Assembly (NCBI RefSeq): GCF_964213995.1
Contig: NW_027590119.1
Coordinates: forward strand, 2,852,001-2,916,000
Direction: 5' to 3'
DNA length: 64,000 nt
Source of the DNA: Mustelus asterias
Taxonomy: Eukaryota
Both the position numbers and the translations under genes were made by a program. The notes beneath the pieces are model-generated. The model was given only the letters and a program-made list of their open reading frames with translations. It did not search any database and was not told the origin of the DNA. This document shows, piece after piece, positions 23,318-35,901 of the stretch; the first letter of the stretch is position 1; every line of letters begins with the position of its first letter.

Positions 23318-26300
23318 TGTTAGCGGGGTTTACCAGGTGGCCGGGTATCGCTGAAACTTCAGCGAATACAAAGACTCACAAAAGCCAGTTTCCAAGTTTA
23401 AAGATTTATTTGACCACCAAAGCTCAGGGAGAGATTATCGAAGAGTCCTCGGCCCCTCCAGAGATACAGCAGCCTGACATCTCCAATAAACTCCAACAAA
23501 TACAGTTTAAGATCGATCAATTATACATTTTTCATATCAAGTTCTCCCGCCTTTCATTAGCTTTGAATCAATCTTCAATATTCTTAAATCATTGTGTGAT
23601 TTAAATCACACTACCTTAAATCAGGTAGTGAATCTCTTTAGACAATTGCATTTTACCCTCTGACATGATGGTTATTCATTGGTCCGCAGAATCTGGACGT
23701 TTCCTCCCCTGTTAAGTTGGGGGAAGGCTAACTATAGCCGGATTAGGCAGGAATTGGTGGATATTGATTGGGAGAGGATGTTCGAGGGTAAGTCCGCGCC
23801 TGGCATGTGGGAGTCTTTTAAGGAACTATTGATAAGGCTGCAGGATAGGCATGTGCCTGTAAAAAGGAAAGATAGGAAAGGTAGGATTCGAGAGCCGTGG
23901 ATAACCAGGGAAATTGAGGATCTGATTAAAATGAAAAGGGAGGCGTACGTTAAGTCCAGGCAACTGAAAACAGATGGAGCTCTGGAGGAATACAGAGAGA
24001 GTAGGAAAGATCTCAAACGGGGAGTTAGAAGGGCAAAAAGAGGTCACGAGATGTTCTTGGCAGGCAGGATTAAGGAGAATCCTAAGGCATTCTATTCATA
24101 CGTTAGGAACAAAAGAGTTGTCAGGGAGAAAATCGGACCTCTCAGGGACAAAGGAGGGGAATTATGCTTCGAACCCAAGGGAATAGGGGAGATCCAAAAT
24201 GAATACTTTGCATCGGTATTCACGAAGGAGAGGGGCGTGTTAACCGGGAGTGTCTCGGAGGGAGGTGTTGACCCGTTAGAGAAAATCTCCATTACAAGAG
24301 AGGAAGTGTTAGGTTTTTTAGGGAACATTAAAACTGACAAAGCCCCAGGGCCTGATGGCATCTATCCTCGATTGCTCAGGGAGACGAGAGGTGAAATTGC
24401 TGGGCCTCTGACGGAAATCTTTGTCGCTTCTTTGGACACGGGTGAGGTCCCTGAGGATTGGAGGATAGCGAATGTGGTCCCGTTGTTTAAGAAGGGTAGC
24501 AGGGATAACCCAGGAAATTATAGGCCGGTGAGCTTGACGTCCGTGGTAGGGAAGTTGTTGGAGAGGATTCTTAGAGACAGGATGTATGTGCATTTAGAAC
24601 GGAACAATCTCATTAGTGACAGACAGCATGGTTTTGTAAGAGGGAGGTCGTGCCTTACAAATTTGGTGGAGTTTTTTGAGGAAGTGACAAAAACGGTTGA
24701 TGAAGGAAGGGCCGTGGATGTCGTCTATATGGATTTCAGTAAGGCATTTGACAAAGTCCCACATGGCAGGTTGGTTAAGAAGGTTAAGGCTCATGGGATA
24801 CAAGGAGAAGTGGCTAGATGGGTGGAGAACTGGCTTGGCCATAGGAGACAGAGGGTAGTGGTCGAAGGGTCTTTTTCCGGCTGGAGGTCTGTGACCAGTG
24901 GTGTTCCACAGGGCTCTGTACTGGGACCTCTGCTATTTGTGATATATATAAATGATTTGGAAGAAGGTGTAACTGGTGTAATCAGCAAGTTTGCGGATGA
25001 CACGAAGATGGCTGGTATTGCGGATAGCGAAGAGCATTGTCGGGCAATACAGCAGGATATAGATAGGCTGGAAAATTGGGCGGAGAGGTGGCAGATGGAA
25101 TTTAATCCGGATAAATGCGAAGTGATGCATTTTGGAAGAAATAATGTAGGGAGGAGTTATACAATAAATGGCAGAGTCATCAGGAATATAGAAACACAGA
25201 GGGACCGAGGTGTGCAAGTCCACAAATCCTTGAAGGTGGCAACACAGGTGGAGAAGGTGGTGAAGAAGGCATATGGTATGCTTGCCTTTATAGGACGGGG
25301 TATAGAGTATAAAAGCTGGAGTCTGATGATGCAGCTGTATAGAACGCTGGTTAGGCCACATTTGGAGTACTGCGTCCAGTTCTGGTCGCCGCACTACCAG
25401 AAGGACGTGGAGGCATTGGAGAGAGTGCAGAGAAGGTTTACCAGGATGTTGCCTGGTATGGAGGGTCTTAGCTATGAGGAGAGATTGGGTAGACTGGGGT
25501 TGTTCTCCTTGGAAAGACAGAGAATTAGGGGAGATCTAATAGAGGTATACAAGATTATGAAGGGTAGATAGGGTGAACAGTGAGAAGCTTTTTCCCAGGT
25601 CGGAGGTGACGATCACGAGGGGTCACGGGCTCAAGCTGAGAGGGGCGAAGTATAACTCAGACATCAGAGGGACGTTTTTTACACAGAGGGTGGTGGGGGC
25701 CTGGAATGCGCTGCCAAGTAGGGTGGTGGAGGCAGGCACGCTGACATCGTTTAAGACTTACCTGGATAGTCACATGAGCAGCCTGGGAATGGAGGGATAC
25801 AAACGATTGGTCTAGTTGGACCAAGGAGCGGCACAGGCTTGGAGGGCCGAAGGGCCTGTTTCCTGTGCTGTACTGTTCTTTGTTCTTTGTTTTGTTCTTT
25901 GTTGGTGACTCAACTTCCTCTACTGCTTAGCAACGCCAGACGTTAAGGTCAAAGTTAATCTTCCCACTATTTTCCTCCATGTCACCGGCCATATCAGACT
26001 GATGCACGTTCTCATGTCTGAGAAGGCATTGTCTTATCCAGACAGAGAATAACTCTGTTCATAAGCAGCCCTGAGAACCTGACTGCTCACAATTCCCGTT
26101 AATAAGAACTTGCACATTCTGAGGTTTCATTGTTTCCTAAGAATGAGGCTCTGTCTGAAAGTCCCCAGACCATCAGGCCCGGCGGCAACTTGCTCTTGGC
26201 TAAAGCACTCAATCACTCTATAAAAATACAGTCAATACATTTAAAATATCAAAAGATGCGTTTAAATCATAATCACTTGTTTTAAATCTCTTACTGCATT

Positions 26301-26446
26301 CACATGTGTGTGAACTATTCTCTTGTTAGCTTCTGAGTCTGATTTAGAGTCATTTAACTCAATGCTGGTTGTTCAGTCAGTGTCTTAAATGCCTAATGGT
26401 TTAAAATCTTCTCGAACCTACTAGGATTTTTTTCCTTTCCCCAACA
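23318..26446. mobile_element. Solo LTR (about 940 bp net), split by a CR1 insertion, in the 3' UTR of ZNF unit 5
   Basis: TGTT...AACA termini and 5-bp TSD CCCTC (23313-23317 / 26447-26451). The empty site CCGACCCTCCCACTTCAC is present in the paralog at about 55238. Confidence 0.8.
23714..25903 (+). mobile_element. Young 5'-truncated CR1 LINE with nearly intact RT domain
   Basis: 630-aa ORF: [42 protein letters not shown]. One frameshift at about 25565. (TTCTTTG)n tail. Confidence 0.97.
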
Positions 26447-26536
26447 CCCTCCCACTTCACCAACTGTCAGAATGAACATGGTTCAGTCCTGGATGTGATT
26501 AACAGCAGCAATAACAGCAGAACCCAACCCTGGTCA

Positions 26537-27799
26537 TCACTTGTGAACTCGCTGGTGTCTCTGCAGGCTGGATGATGTACTGAATCCCTTCCCACACTGA
26601 GGGCAGGTGAATGGTCTCTCCCCAGTGTGAATTCGCTGGTGTCTCTTCAGGGCATTTGAATGTCTGAATCCCTTGTCACACACAGTGCAGATGAAGGGCC
26701 TCTCCCCAGTGTGAATTCGCTGGTGTCTCTTCAGGCTGCATAACTGAGTGAATCCTTTCCCACAGTCAGAGCAGGTGAACGGTCTCTCCCTGGTGTGAAC
26801 TCGCTGGTGTGTCAGCAGAATGGTTGAGTGAGTGAATCTTTTCCCACAGTCAGAACAAGTGAATGGCCTCTCTCCAGTGTGAACTCGCTGGTGTCTCTGC
26901 AGGTTGGATAACTGAGTGAATCCCTTCCCACACACAGAGCAGTTGTACGGCCTCTCTCCAGTGTGAACTCGCTGGTGTATCCGCAGGTCAGATAACTGAG
27001 TGAATCTCTTCTCACACACAGAGCAGGTGATTGGCTTCTCCCCGGTGTGAACTCGCTGGTGTGTCCTCAGGGTGGATGACCATTTAAATCTCTTTGTGCA
27101 GTGAGAGCAGCTGAACGGTCTCTCCTCAGTGTGAATGCGCTGGTGAATCATCAGATCTGCAGCACTTTTGAAGCCACTTCCACAGTCAGAACATTTAAAG
27201 GGTCTCTCATTGCTGTGAGTGACTTTGTGTGTCAGCAGGTTGGATGAAGTAGTGAATCCCTTCCCACACACACAGCAGGTGAACGGTTTCTCCCCGGTGT
27301 GAACTCGCTGGTGTCTCCGCAGAATGGTTGAGTGAGTGAATCCTTTCCCACAGTCAGAGCAAGTGTACGGCCTCTCCCCAGTGTGAACCCGTTGATGTGT
27401 CCACAGGTCAGATAACTGAGTGAATCCTTTCCCACAGTCAGAGCAGGTGAATGGCTTCTCCCCAGTGTGAACTCGCTGGTGTCTCCGCAGGCTGGATGAC
27501 CATTTAAATCTCTTTGTGCAGTGAGAGCAGCTGAACGGTCTCTCCCCAGTGTGAATGCGCTGGTGGGACATCAGATCCTGTGAGCTTTTGAAGTCACTCC
27601 CACAGTCAGAGCATTTAAAGGGTCTCTCACTGGTGTGAGTGAGATTGTGACTCAGCAGACCGGGTAACTGAGTGAATCCCTTCCCACACACAGAGCAGGT
27701 GAATGGTTTCTCCCCAGTGTGACTGCGTTGATGAGTTTCCAGCTCAGATGGAAACCTGAATCCCTTCCCACAGTCCCCACATTTCCATGGTTTCTCCAT
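26537..27799 (-). CDS. C2H2 zinc-finger protein, 15 fingers (unit 5)
   Basis: ORF 26537..27904, ATG of MEKPWKC at 27799. 420 aa = 15 x 28. Confidence 0.92.
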   Translation of the reverse strand: MEKPWKCGDCGKGFRFPSELETHQRSHTGEKPFTCSVCGKGFTQLPGLLSHNLTHTSERPFKCSDCGSDFKSSQDLMSHQRIHTGERPFSCSHCTKRFKWSSSLRRHQRVHTGEKPFTCSDCGKGFTQLSDLWTHQRVHTGERPYTCSDCGKGFTHSTILRRHQRVHTGEKPFTCCVCGKGFTTSSNLLTHKVTHSNERPFKCSDCGSGFKSAADLMIHQRIHTEERPFSCSHCTKRFKWSSTLRTHQRVHTGEKPITCSVCEKRFTQLSDLRIHQRVHTGERPYNCSVCGKGFTQLSNLQRHQRVHTGERPFTCSDCGKRFTHSTILLTHQRVHTRERPFTCSDCGKGFTQLCSLKRHQRIHTGERPFICTVCDKGFRHSNALKRHQRIHTGERPFTCPQCGKGFSTSSSLQRHQRVHK

Positions 27800-28165
27800 G
27801 GTGCGGGTGTCCTTGTGACTCTCCTGGTTAAAGCTCTTTCCACACTCAGTGCACTGGAACACTCTCACTCCGGTGTGAGTGTGTCTCGGTGCTTTTCTGG
27901 TCACACTGATGTTTAAAATCTTCTGAAGCAGACAGAACAGAGAAGTTTTCTACTTTTGGATTCAAAGGTCGATTATATACATGTCCCAGTGAATTGAGTG
28001 ACTGTCAGATCTTCAGGTGATCTTCAGGAAAAGTTTGAGATTTCTATCTGTAAATCCTCACCCTCTGATATCCTGTAAAAGGAATTTACAAAAGTCATCA
28101 TTGTCGGTGCAGGAGAGAAATTCAGAACAGACTATTTTAGTTTCTATGGAAAATTCTTTTTTCAT

Positions 28166-28824
28166 TGTTGAAAGTCAGGTCGGATACTTCGAGGTGTTCT
28201 ATGAAGCTCGCCTGACCTGTAACATTTTACTCCAGGTGTGATTCAACTGACCCTTGAGGAGCTTTTATCGAAAACAAAGTTTAATTAAGAATATTGTTGA
28301 CATGCACAGCAAGACAATTAGCGAGAACTTTTAGTAATTGCAAACAAGAAACACAACAACCACGATAAGGTACAACGCTTAAGGAATATCTCTAACGTGT
28401 TCTAACCAAAGCCAACATCCAATACACAAAACACTCCTAATAAGCACACTACAGCATAGGTTAATGCCCACTTGTTACAGGTATCCAGCATCCTGGGTTG
28501 AATGCTGAAAATCCCTTGGGAAGAAACTCAGAAGTGATTGTAGTCGAATCTGTTCCCCTAAAACACAGTTTCTTTAAGGCAGAACCAAACAAAGAGAAAA
28601 TACAGACAAAGAGACTGCTTCTTAGCTTGCTGCGAAACTGCTTTCCAAAACGAAACTAAAAGCCGAAAGGAAAAAACTCCGATCACCTGACTGCCACAAA
28701 CGAATCTGAAAGCCCCATCACCTGACTGCCACAGCTTAGCTCCACCCCGTAATGACATTGCTCAAGCTATAAGCGGCATGATTTAAAAAAAAATTTTTTT
28801 CAAGGTATCATTCAAGGTATGACA
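28166..28824. mobile_element. Probable solo LTR in the ZNF unit 5 intron
   Basis: TG...CA termini, imperfect 4-bp TSD TCAT/TAAT. Absent from paralogous introns (11290-11310, 56190-56215). Confidence 0.6.
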
Positions 28825-29162
28825 TAATTCCCCAAAAGCTGTGAATCTCCATCCCACACACTCTCCCTCCATTCTCACTCTGCTGTATCTAATATTCACC
28901 CTCCCAATTCTCCTGAAGGTGCTGATTGAGGCTGATTGACAGATCCATGCTCACTGCTTCCTGTCCTGGACACAGAGAGCTGAAAATCTCCATTCAGGCT
29001 GCCAGACAGATATATGTCGATGTGACAGGACGAACAATGTGTGGAATGTACAGACTGGATTCACTTCCTTTCCCTTCAGTTGCTGCAAATTCCCAATTTC
29101 CCTCAGAATGAGAAAAGAAATGGAAAGGGGAGAAAAGGAAGTCTTTTACTCACAGATGTTGG

Positions 29163-30840
29163 CCTCTTTTTAGGTCAAACCAAAGAAACAAACTCAAGTT
29201 AAGTCAGGACAAAGTAAAAGGGGCAGCTCCCCAAAAGGAGGGGGGGAACAGCCCGAACAAAAATCAAAGTACAAAGGAAACTTAAAAACATCAAATTAAA
29301 ATGTGATTATTAGGGTCGATAACGCACCCCAACCCCTGCGGTGCCCAGCGGGCGCGGAAGGCGTCAACCGCGCCCATGGACACCGCATGCTCCCTCTCCA
29401 GGGACACCTGGCCGCGAACGTAGCCGCGGTAGAGGGGAAGACAGTCAGGATGGACGGCCCCGTCGATCGCCGGCTGCCTGGACCGGTAAATGGCGCGTTT
29501 CGCCAGGAGCAGGTTCACGAGGAGGTCGCCATCCCGACCCTCCCCTCTCCGCACCGGGTGTCCGTAGATCAGGAGCGTGGGACTGAAGTGCAAGCAAAAC
29601 ATTAATAAACGGTTCTTTCGGAAAACAAAAAGGGAGTGCAACCTAAGACACAAAAGAAAGAAATGGTCCACGGACTCCACAAGGCCGCAGAAAGGGCAGT
29701 CTTCGGAGCCCGTGAACCAGTGAATCCTACGGTTGTGCGGCACTGCTGCATGCATCACCCTCCACCCCAGGTCCCCGACGTAATTGGGGGAGATCCCTCC
29801 GTAGAGGGACCTCCGCCGCCCGGCGGCAACAAGGCCCGCCAAGGTGTATCCGGGCGACAGGTGAGGACGCGGTAGTGGAAGGTGTGCAGCAGCAGCCCGC
29901 ACAGGAAACACCTCCGCGCGGTAGAAAAAGGCACGGAGGACATTTCCGTGAGGCGGCTCAGGCTGTGGGGCACCTCACCCAGGGGAGGGGGCTGAGGCTT
30001 TGGGCCAATGTGGAATTCCGCCCGAACAGGGGAACGCTCGGGCGGGATCCCACCGCACGCCTGCGCCGTCTCGAGTTTGCGTGCAGTTTCGGGGCCGAGC
30101 ACGACCGTCCTAAGGTCTAGGATGGCTTTGGCCGCGCGCCAGACGGATGTCCCAACGCGCTCAGCCAGCACGCGGGGACTCATCCAGCCCGCTCCTCCGC
30201 CATCGAGCACGTCCCCGATTCTGGTCACCCCGGCGTCCACAGCCCCCCTCTCCGCCAGCCACCTGAAGTCATACGGCTGGAGGAGCGGATTCCTGAGCAG
30301 CGGCTCTCGCACGAGAGCCGCTACTCCTGACGGGGGAGAGCTGCGTCGCGAGGCGACCTTGTTCCAGACAGTGAGGAGGTCCTGGTAAAAGACGGGCAAC
30401 TCCTGCAGGGTGGTCGAAGCACGCCCCAGTTCGATATGCAGGGGCTGCAAGTCATAACTCAGGCCGTGCCACTGGCGGAAGAAATACGTCGCCATGGCAC
30501 ACCACTGTGGAGGGGGCTCAACGTAAAGGTACCTCTGCAGGGCCTGGAGGCGGAAGGTCGCTATCTGAATGCGGAGGCACACCAGACCTTGTTCGCCCTC
30601 CTCAAGCGGTAGATGCAGAACCACGGCAGGGACCCAGTGCAGTCGATTGTCCCAGAAGAACCGCAGGAGGGTTCTCTGGATATTGGCAACATGCTACCAA
30701 ATAAACCTGTTGGACTTTAACCTGGTGTTGTGAGACTTCTTACTGTACTGGCAACAAAGCCAGGGGGAGGGGTCAAAGGGACCAGCCGGTACCACAGCAT
30801 GGAGGCGAGCAACTGGTTTATGACGAGAACTCGTGCCCGT
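29163..30840 (-). mobile_element. Tx1-clade LINE, 5'-truncated ORF2 3' part plus 3' UTR
   Basis: RVLVINQL..SMLWY, FFW..LHW..VLHLPLEEG.QGL, CPFCGLVESVDHFFLLC zinc knuckle, LAKRAIYRSR, FRARW. One frameshift at about 29800. 3' UTR ends AAAAAGAG. Confidence 0.9.
30692..30748 (+). mobile_element. 57-bp Penelope terminal fragment inserted in Tx1
   Basis: CCAAATAAACCTGTTGGACTTTAACCTGGTGTTGTGAGACTTCTTACTGT flanked by TGGCAACA (30684-30691 / 30749-30756). Confidence 0.8.
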
Positions 30841-31165
30841 GAATGGTCACAAACACTCACCTCTGAAACAATTTAACTGATTTTAATATTAAAATCTCCT
30901 GCTGGAGCCTGCAGCTGGAAAGATATCAGAAGCATTGGCATCAGAGAAAAATCTCCCAGTTGAGGAAATCCCCGGGGAGCGGGGGTGATGTCACTGTGCA
31001 ATTTTAAGTATGTAATGAGATCACAGACAGGAACACAGAATACCTGGGTCTGTGCAAACCAGTGATCACCACACACATTATGGAGGATGTGAGGCTCCTT
31101 GACAGGGTGCAGAGGAGATTTATCAAAATGGTTTCAGGGATGAGGAATTATAGTTACAATGTTAG

Positions 31166-31460
31166 TGTGGTGAACCATCGTTGGTTCACCACTGGGGTTT
31201 GTTACCATGTTACTGTTGGGCTAGGGTGTTATTACTGTGGGGGTTGTACTATGTTGTTGGGTTAGGGTGTTTACCTGTTATAAGTGTTACCATGGCACAT
31301 TCCAGTGGGGTCCCGCCTCCGGTGGCAGGGTATAAGACCCCCTGCTCCGGCAGGACCCCTTCAGTCTGAACTGGTGTATTCGTGTTAGTAGTTTCATTGT
31401 TACTGTATTAAAGCCTTCAATACTAAAGCCTTGATTCCATGTGCTCATTGACGCGCATCA
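31166..31460 (+). repeat. 5' LTR
   Basis: TGTGGTGAACC...GCGCATCA. TATAAG at about 31331, ATTAAA at about 31407. Confidence 0.97.
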
Positions 31461-31483
31461 ATTTAATACAGTAAACAGAGAGT

Positions 31484-34400
31484 ATGGAACAGATTCTAAA
31501 ACCGGATCGTCTGACACTGGACCCACGTGCGGTCGGTGCAGCTAACACATTCGACCATTGGTGGAAGTGCTTTGAGGACTACCTGGCAGCCTCGGTAGCT
31601 ATCACTACGGACAGTGATAGACTCCAGGTCCTCCACGCGAGGGTAAGCGACACGATTTACCTAGCCATTCGTGCAGCTCCCACTTACCAGGGTGCCGTCG
31701 AGCTCCTAAAGAATAGGTACATTACGCCACCCAACGAGATACATGCTCGTTACCTCCTCGCTACACGACGTCGGCAGTCAGGCGAAACCATAGAGGATTA
31801 TGCCAATGAGCTCCTGCAGCTTGCCAGGGGTTGCGACTGTAAGGACGTCTCCGCCGAGCAGTACATGTACGACCTCGCCCGAGACGCGTTCGTAGCAGGG
31901 GTAGGGTCCTCGTACATCAGGCTTAAATTACTAGAAAAGGGGAAACTCAACTTGACCCAGGCAATGGGGATGGCCGCGAGGTTGGAGGCGGCGTCGAAGA
32001 GCTTGGCGCTGTACCCCGAGGACCACGTGCAGTCAACGTGGTTGGAGCAAGCTCTGCTCCCTCCTCGCCCCGCGAACCCGCGCTCCCAGATCGATTCGAC
32101 GACGGCGGCAGCTCCAGGTGGCCAGCGATGCTATTTTTGCGGTGGGGCCAAGCATCCACGGAAACAGTGTCCGGCAAGAACGGCAATCTGCAGCCAGTGC
32201 GGTAAAAAAGGCCACTACGGCAAAGTCTGTAGGTCCAGACCTAAAAACGGCAGTGCAGTTTGTAACCCTCCAGAACGGAGACCATCTCTTTCGGCGTTGC
32301 AGTACCCACGAGGTCCGACCACGTGCGATCTCAGGACGGCGCCATCGTGGCAAACAGAGGAGGAGGAAGACCACCAGGAGTCGCTGCGCTTGGCGCCCTC
32401 GCCCACGTGCGATTCATGGGGGCGGCCATCATGGTCCACGACGACTAGGAGCGACCAGCAGGGGTCCTCAGCATCCACATCGGCAGCATGCAGTGACGCC
32501 CAGGGGCCAACGGTGGCGTCGATCTCTCTGGACCAGACCAGGCATTACAGACTGGAACATTCTATGATGGAGGTAAAGGTTAGTGGCAGAACTGTGAATT
32601 GTCTGTTTGACAGTGGGAGCACCGAAAGTTTCATACACCCTGAAACTGCTAAAAGGTGTGGACTCCGGATTCTCCCTGCCAAACAGACAATTTCCATGGC
32701 ATCACAGTCCCGGTCTGTACCGATCCAAGGACGATGTATGGTAACTCTTGAGGTACAGGGCACAGTTTACGAGCAATTCAGGCTCCTTGTGCTACCTCAC
32801 CTTTGCGCGCCAATTATCCTCGGACTAAACTTTATGGTCCACATGAAGAGTGTGATCCTACAGTACGGTGGGCCACTCCCTTCACTGGCAGTAGGGAACC
32901 AGCCGCAGCCTCCAAATTGCCCAAAGCGCCCCGCGTGCAATCTATCCATCCTGAAGATCACGACACCATCCCTTTTTAAAAATCTGGTACCTGGCTGCAA
33001 GCCCATCGCTACTAAAAGTAGGCGTTACAGCGCTGAGGACCGGATCTTTATTAGATCTGAGGTTCAGCGGCTCCTCAAGGAAGGGATCATACAGGCCAGT
33101 GCTAGTCCGTGGAGAGCGCAGGTCGTGGTAGTCAAAAGCGGGAACAAACCTCGGATGGTCATCGACTATAGTCAGACCATTAATAGATACACGCAGCTGG
33201 ATGCGTATCCTCTCCCGCGCATTTCTGATATGGTCAATCAGATTGCGCAGTACCGAGTGTTTTCTACCATAGACCTTAAGTCCGCCTACCATCAACTCCC
33301 CATCCGCCCAGAGGACCGACAATATACGGCCTTTGAGGCGGATGGTCGTCTATACCAATTCCTCAGGGTTCCATTTGGTGTCACCAATGGGGTCTCGGTC
33401 TTCCAGCGTGCTATGGACCGAATGGCGGACCAGAATGGGTTGCGGGCTACCTTCCCGTACCTGGATAACGTCACCATCTGCGGCCATGACCAGCAGGACC
33501 ACGACACGAATCTCCAACACTTTCTGCGCGCTGCATCTCGCCTGAATCTGACCTATAACAGGGAGAAGTGCGTATTCCGTACGCGTAAGTTAGCCATTAG
33601 GGCGGCACGGTAGCACAGTGGTTAGCACTGCTGCTTCACAGCTCCAGGGTCCCGGGTTCGATTCCCGGCTCGGGTCACTGTCTGTGTGGAGTTTGCACAT
33701 TCTCCTCGTGTCTGCGTGGGTTTCCTCCGGGTGCTCCGGTTTCCTCCCACAGTCCAAAGATGTGCGGGTTAGGTTGATTGGCCAGGTTAAAAAATTGCCC
33801 CTTAGAGTCCTGGGATGTGTAGGTTAGAGGGATTAGCGGGTAAAATATGTGGGGGTAGGGCCTGGGTGGGATTGTGGTCGGTGCAGACTCGATGGGCCGA
33901 ATGGCCTCCTTCTGCACTGTAGGGTTTCTATGATTTCTTTCTATGATCCTCGGATACGTGGTGGAAAACGGGGTCATTGGCCCTGATCCAGACCGTATGC
34001 GCCCACTCACTGAACTTCCCTTGCCCGCTAGCACGAAAGCACTGAGGAGATGCCTCGGGTTCTTTTCGTATTATGCACAGTGGGTCCCCAACTACGCGGA
34101 CAAAGCTCGTCCGCTCATTAAGTCCACGACCTTCCCACTTACGCCGGAGGCCCAATTGGCCTTCAAGGTTTTGAAAAGCGACATCTCGAAAGCCACGATG
34201 CACGCGGTGGATGAATCCATCCCTTTCCAGGTGGAGAGTGATGCATCTGACTTCGCCCTAGCCGCCACACTAAACCAGGCAGGCAGGCCCGTCGCGTTTT
34301 TTTCCCGCACCCTTCAAGGCCCAGAGATTCGGCACTCAGCGGTGGAAAAGGAGGCTCAGGCCATTGTGGAGGCAGTCAGACACTGGCGCCATTACCTGGC

Positions 34401-35829
34401 AGGTAAGCGGTTCACCCTGATCACGGATCAACGATCCGTGGCGTTTATGTTCAATAACACGCAGAGGGGCAAGATCAAGAACGATAAGATCTTGCGGTGG
34501 AGAATTGAGCTCTCCACCTATAATTACGATATTATGTATCGTCCAGGGAAGCTCAATGAGCCCTCGGATGCCCTCTCGCGCGGAACATGCGCCATCATGC
34601 AGGAGGACCGCTTGAAGGCTCTCCACAATGATCTGTGTCATCCTGGAGTCACCAGACTCTACCACTTCATCAAAGCCCGCAACCTGCCCTACTCGGTGGA
34701 GGAGGTCAGGTCAGTAACTAGAAGCTGTCGGATTTGCGCAGAATGCAAACCACACTTTTATCGACCAGACCGGGCACATTTGGTCAAGGCCACTCGCCCT
34801 TTTGAGAGGCTGAGTGTGGATTTTAAGGGCCCCCTTCCCTCAACGGACCGGAATGTCTATTTTCTCAATATAATAGACGAATATTCCCGGTTTCCGTTTG
34901 TTTTCCCCTGTGCGGACACGTCAACTGCCACCGTCATCAAGGTTTTCAGTGAACTTTTTACCCTGTTCGGGTACCCCTGCTATATTCATAGCGACAGGGG
35001 CTCGTCGTTCATGAGCAACGACTTGAGGCAATTCCTGCTCTCATTCGGGATTGCCTCTAGTAGAACCACGAGCTACAACCCTAGGGGTAACGGACAGGTG
35101 GAAAGGGAGAATGCTACAGTCTGGAAGGCTGTCCTACTGGCATTGAAATCCAGGGGCCTTCCAGTCTCCCGTTGGCAGGAGGTCCTTCCAAATGCGCTCC
35201 ATTCTATCCGCTCCCTCCTGTGTACGGCAACCAATGCTACTCCCCACGAGAGGATGTTCTCATTCCCTCGGAAGTCGTCCTCGGGGACCTCATTGCCAGC
35301 CTGGTTGACGTACCCAGGACCCGTCCTTCTGCGGCGCCATGTGAGGGCTCGCAAGTCCGACCCCTTGGTCGAACCGGTCCAACTCCTCCACGCCAACCCT
35401 CAGTATGCCTATGTGGCATATCCTGACGGGCGAGAGGACACTGTCTCCATTAGAGACCTGGCGCCCGCAGGGGACGTAGCAACCCCTGTCGCTCCTATTC
35501 CCCCAGTCACAAATCCACTACTCCTCATTACTTCCCCAGACGTGGCGCGGTCAGCACCGGGACCAGTGCATAACACTTTTACTCCCATGTACAGCTTGCC
35601 TGAGACTCGGAGATCGGCGCCACCATCATCACCACCACCACCACTACCACCAAACGTTCCAGGATCCCCTGCACCATCGCCTCACCAGGGCCGGCCGGCC
35701 CGGGAGTCCTTGAAGGGACAGCCACACGTTACTTGGAGAGAACCACTACAAGCACCTGATCCGGTTTCGCAACCGGTGTTGAGGAGATCGCAGCGTCGGT
35801 GCGGTCCTCCAGACCGTCTGGACTTGTGA
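31484..35829 (+). pseudogene. gag-pol polyprotein (1331 aa when the SINE is removed), disrupted in RT
   Basis: Double CCHC knuckle CYFCG..H..CPA..CSQC.K.GH..C, protease LFDSGS, RT IDLKSAY / PFG / YLDN, RNase H ESDAS, integrase HHCC and D,D,E. Deleting 33598-33947 restores KLAILGY in frame. Confidence 0.95.
33598..33947 (+). mobile_element. HE1-like V-SINE inserted in Gypsy RT
   Basis: Full head, core and tail. Only a 2-bp AT duplication or microhomology. Confidence 0.95.
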
Positions 35830-35901
35830 ATCCTGTGATTTTTTTTTGTTATTGTCTGTTTTCGTCCACCCCGCCACCTTTTGTCTTAAAGGAGGGGTGA
35901 A

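Noticed and set aside
30841-30870. TSD for the Tx1 at 29163-30840
   Set aside because: The 5' flank shares only GTGAGT with the 3' flank and is offset by 14 nt, so no TSD is claimed.
30992-30998. Other isolated CACTGTG/CACAGTG heptamers (also about 694 and in SINE heads)
   Set aside because: No nonamer at 12 or 23 nt in those checked (about 694, 30992). The SINE-head hits are part of the repeat.
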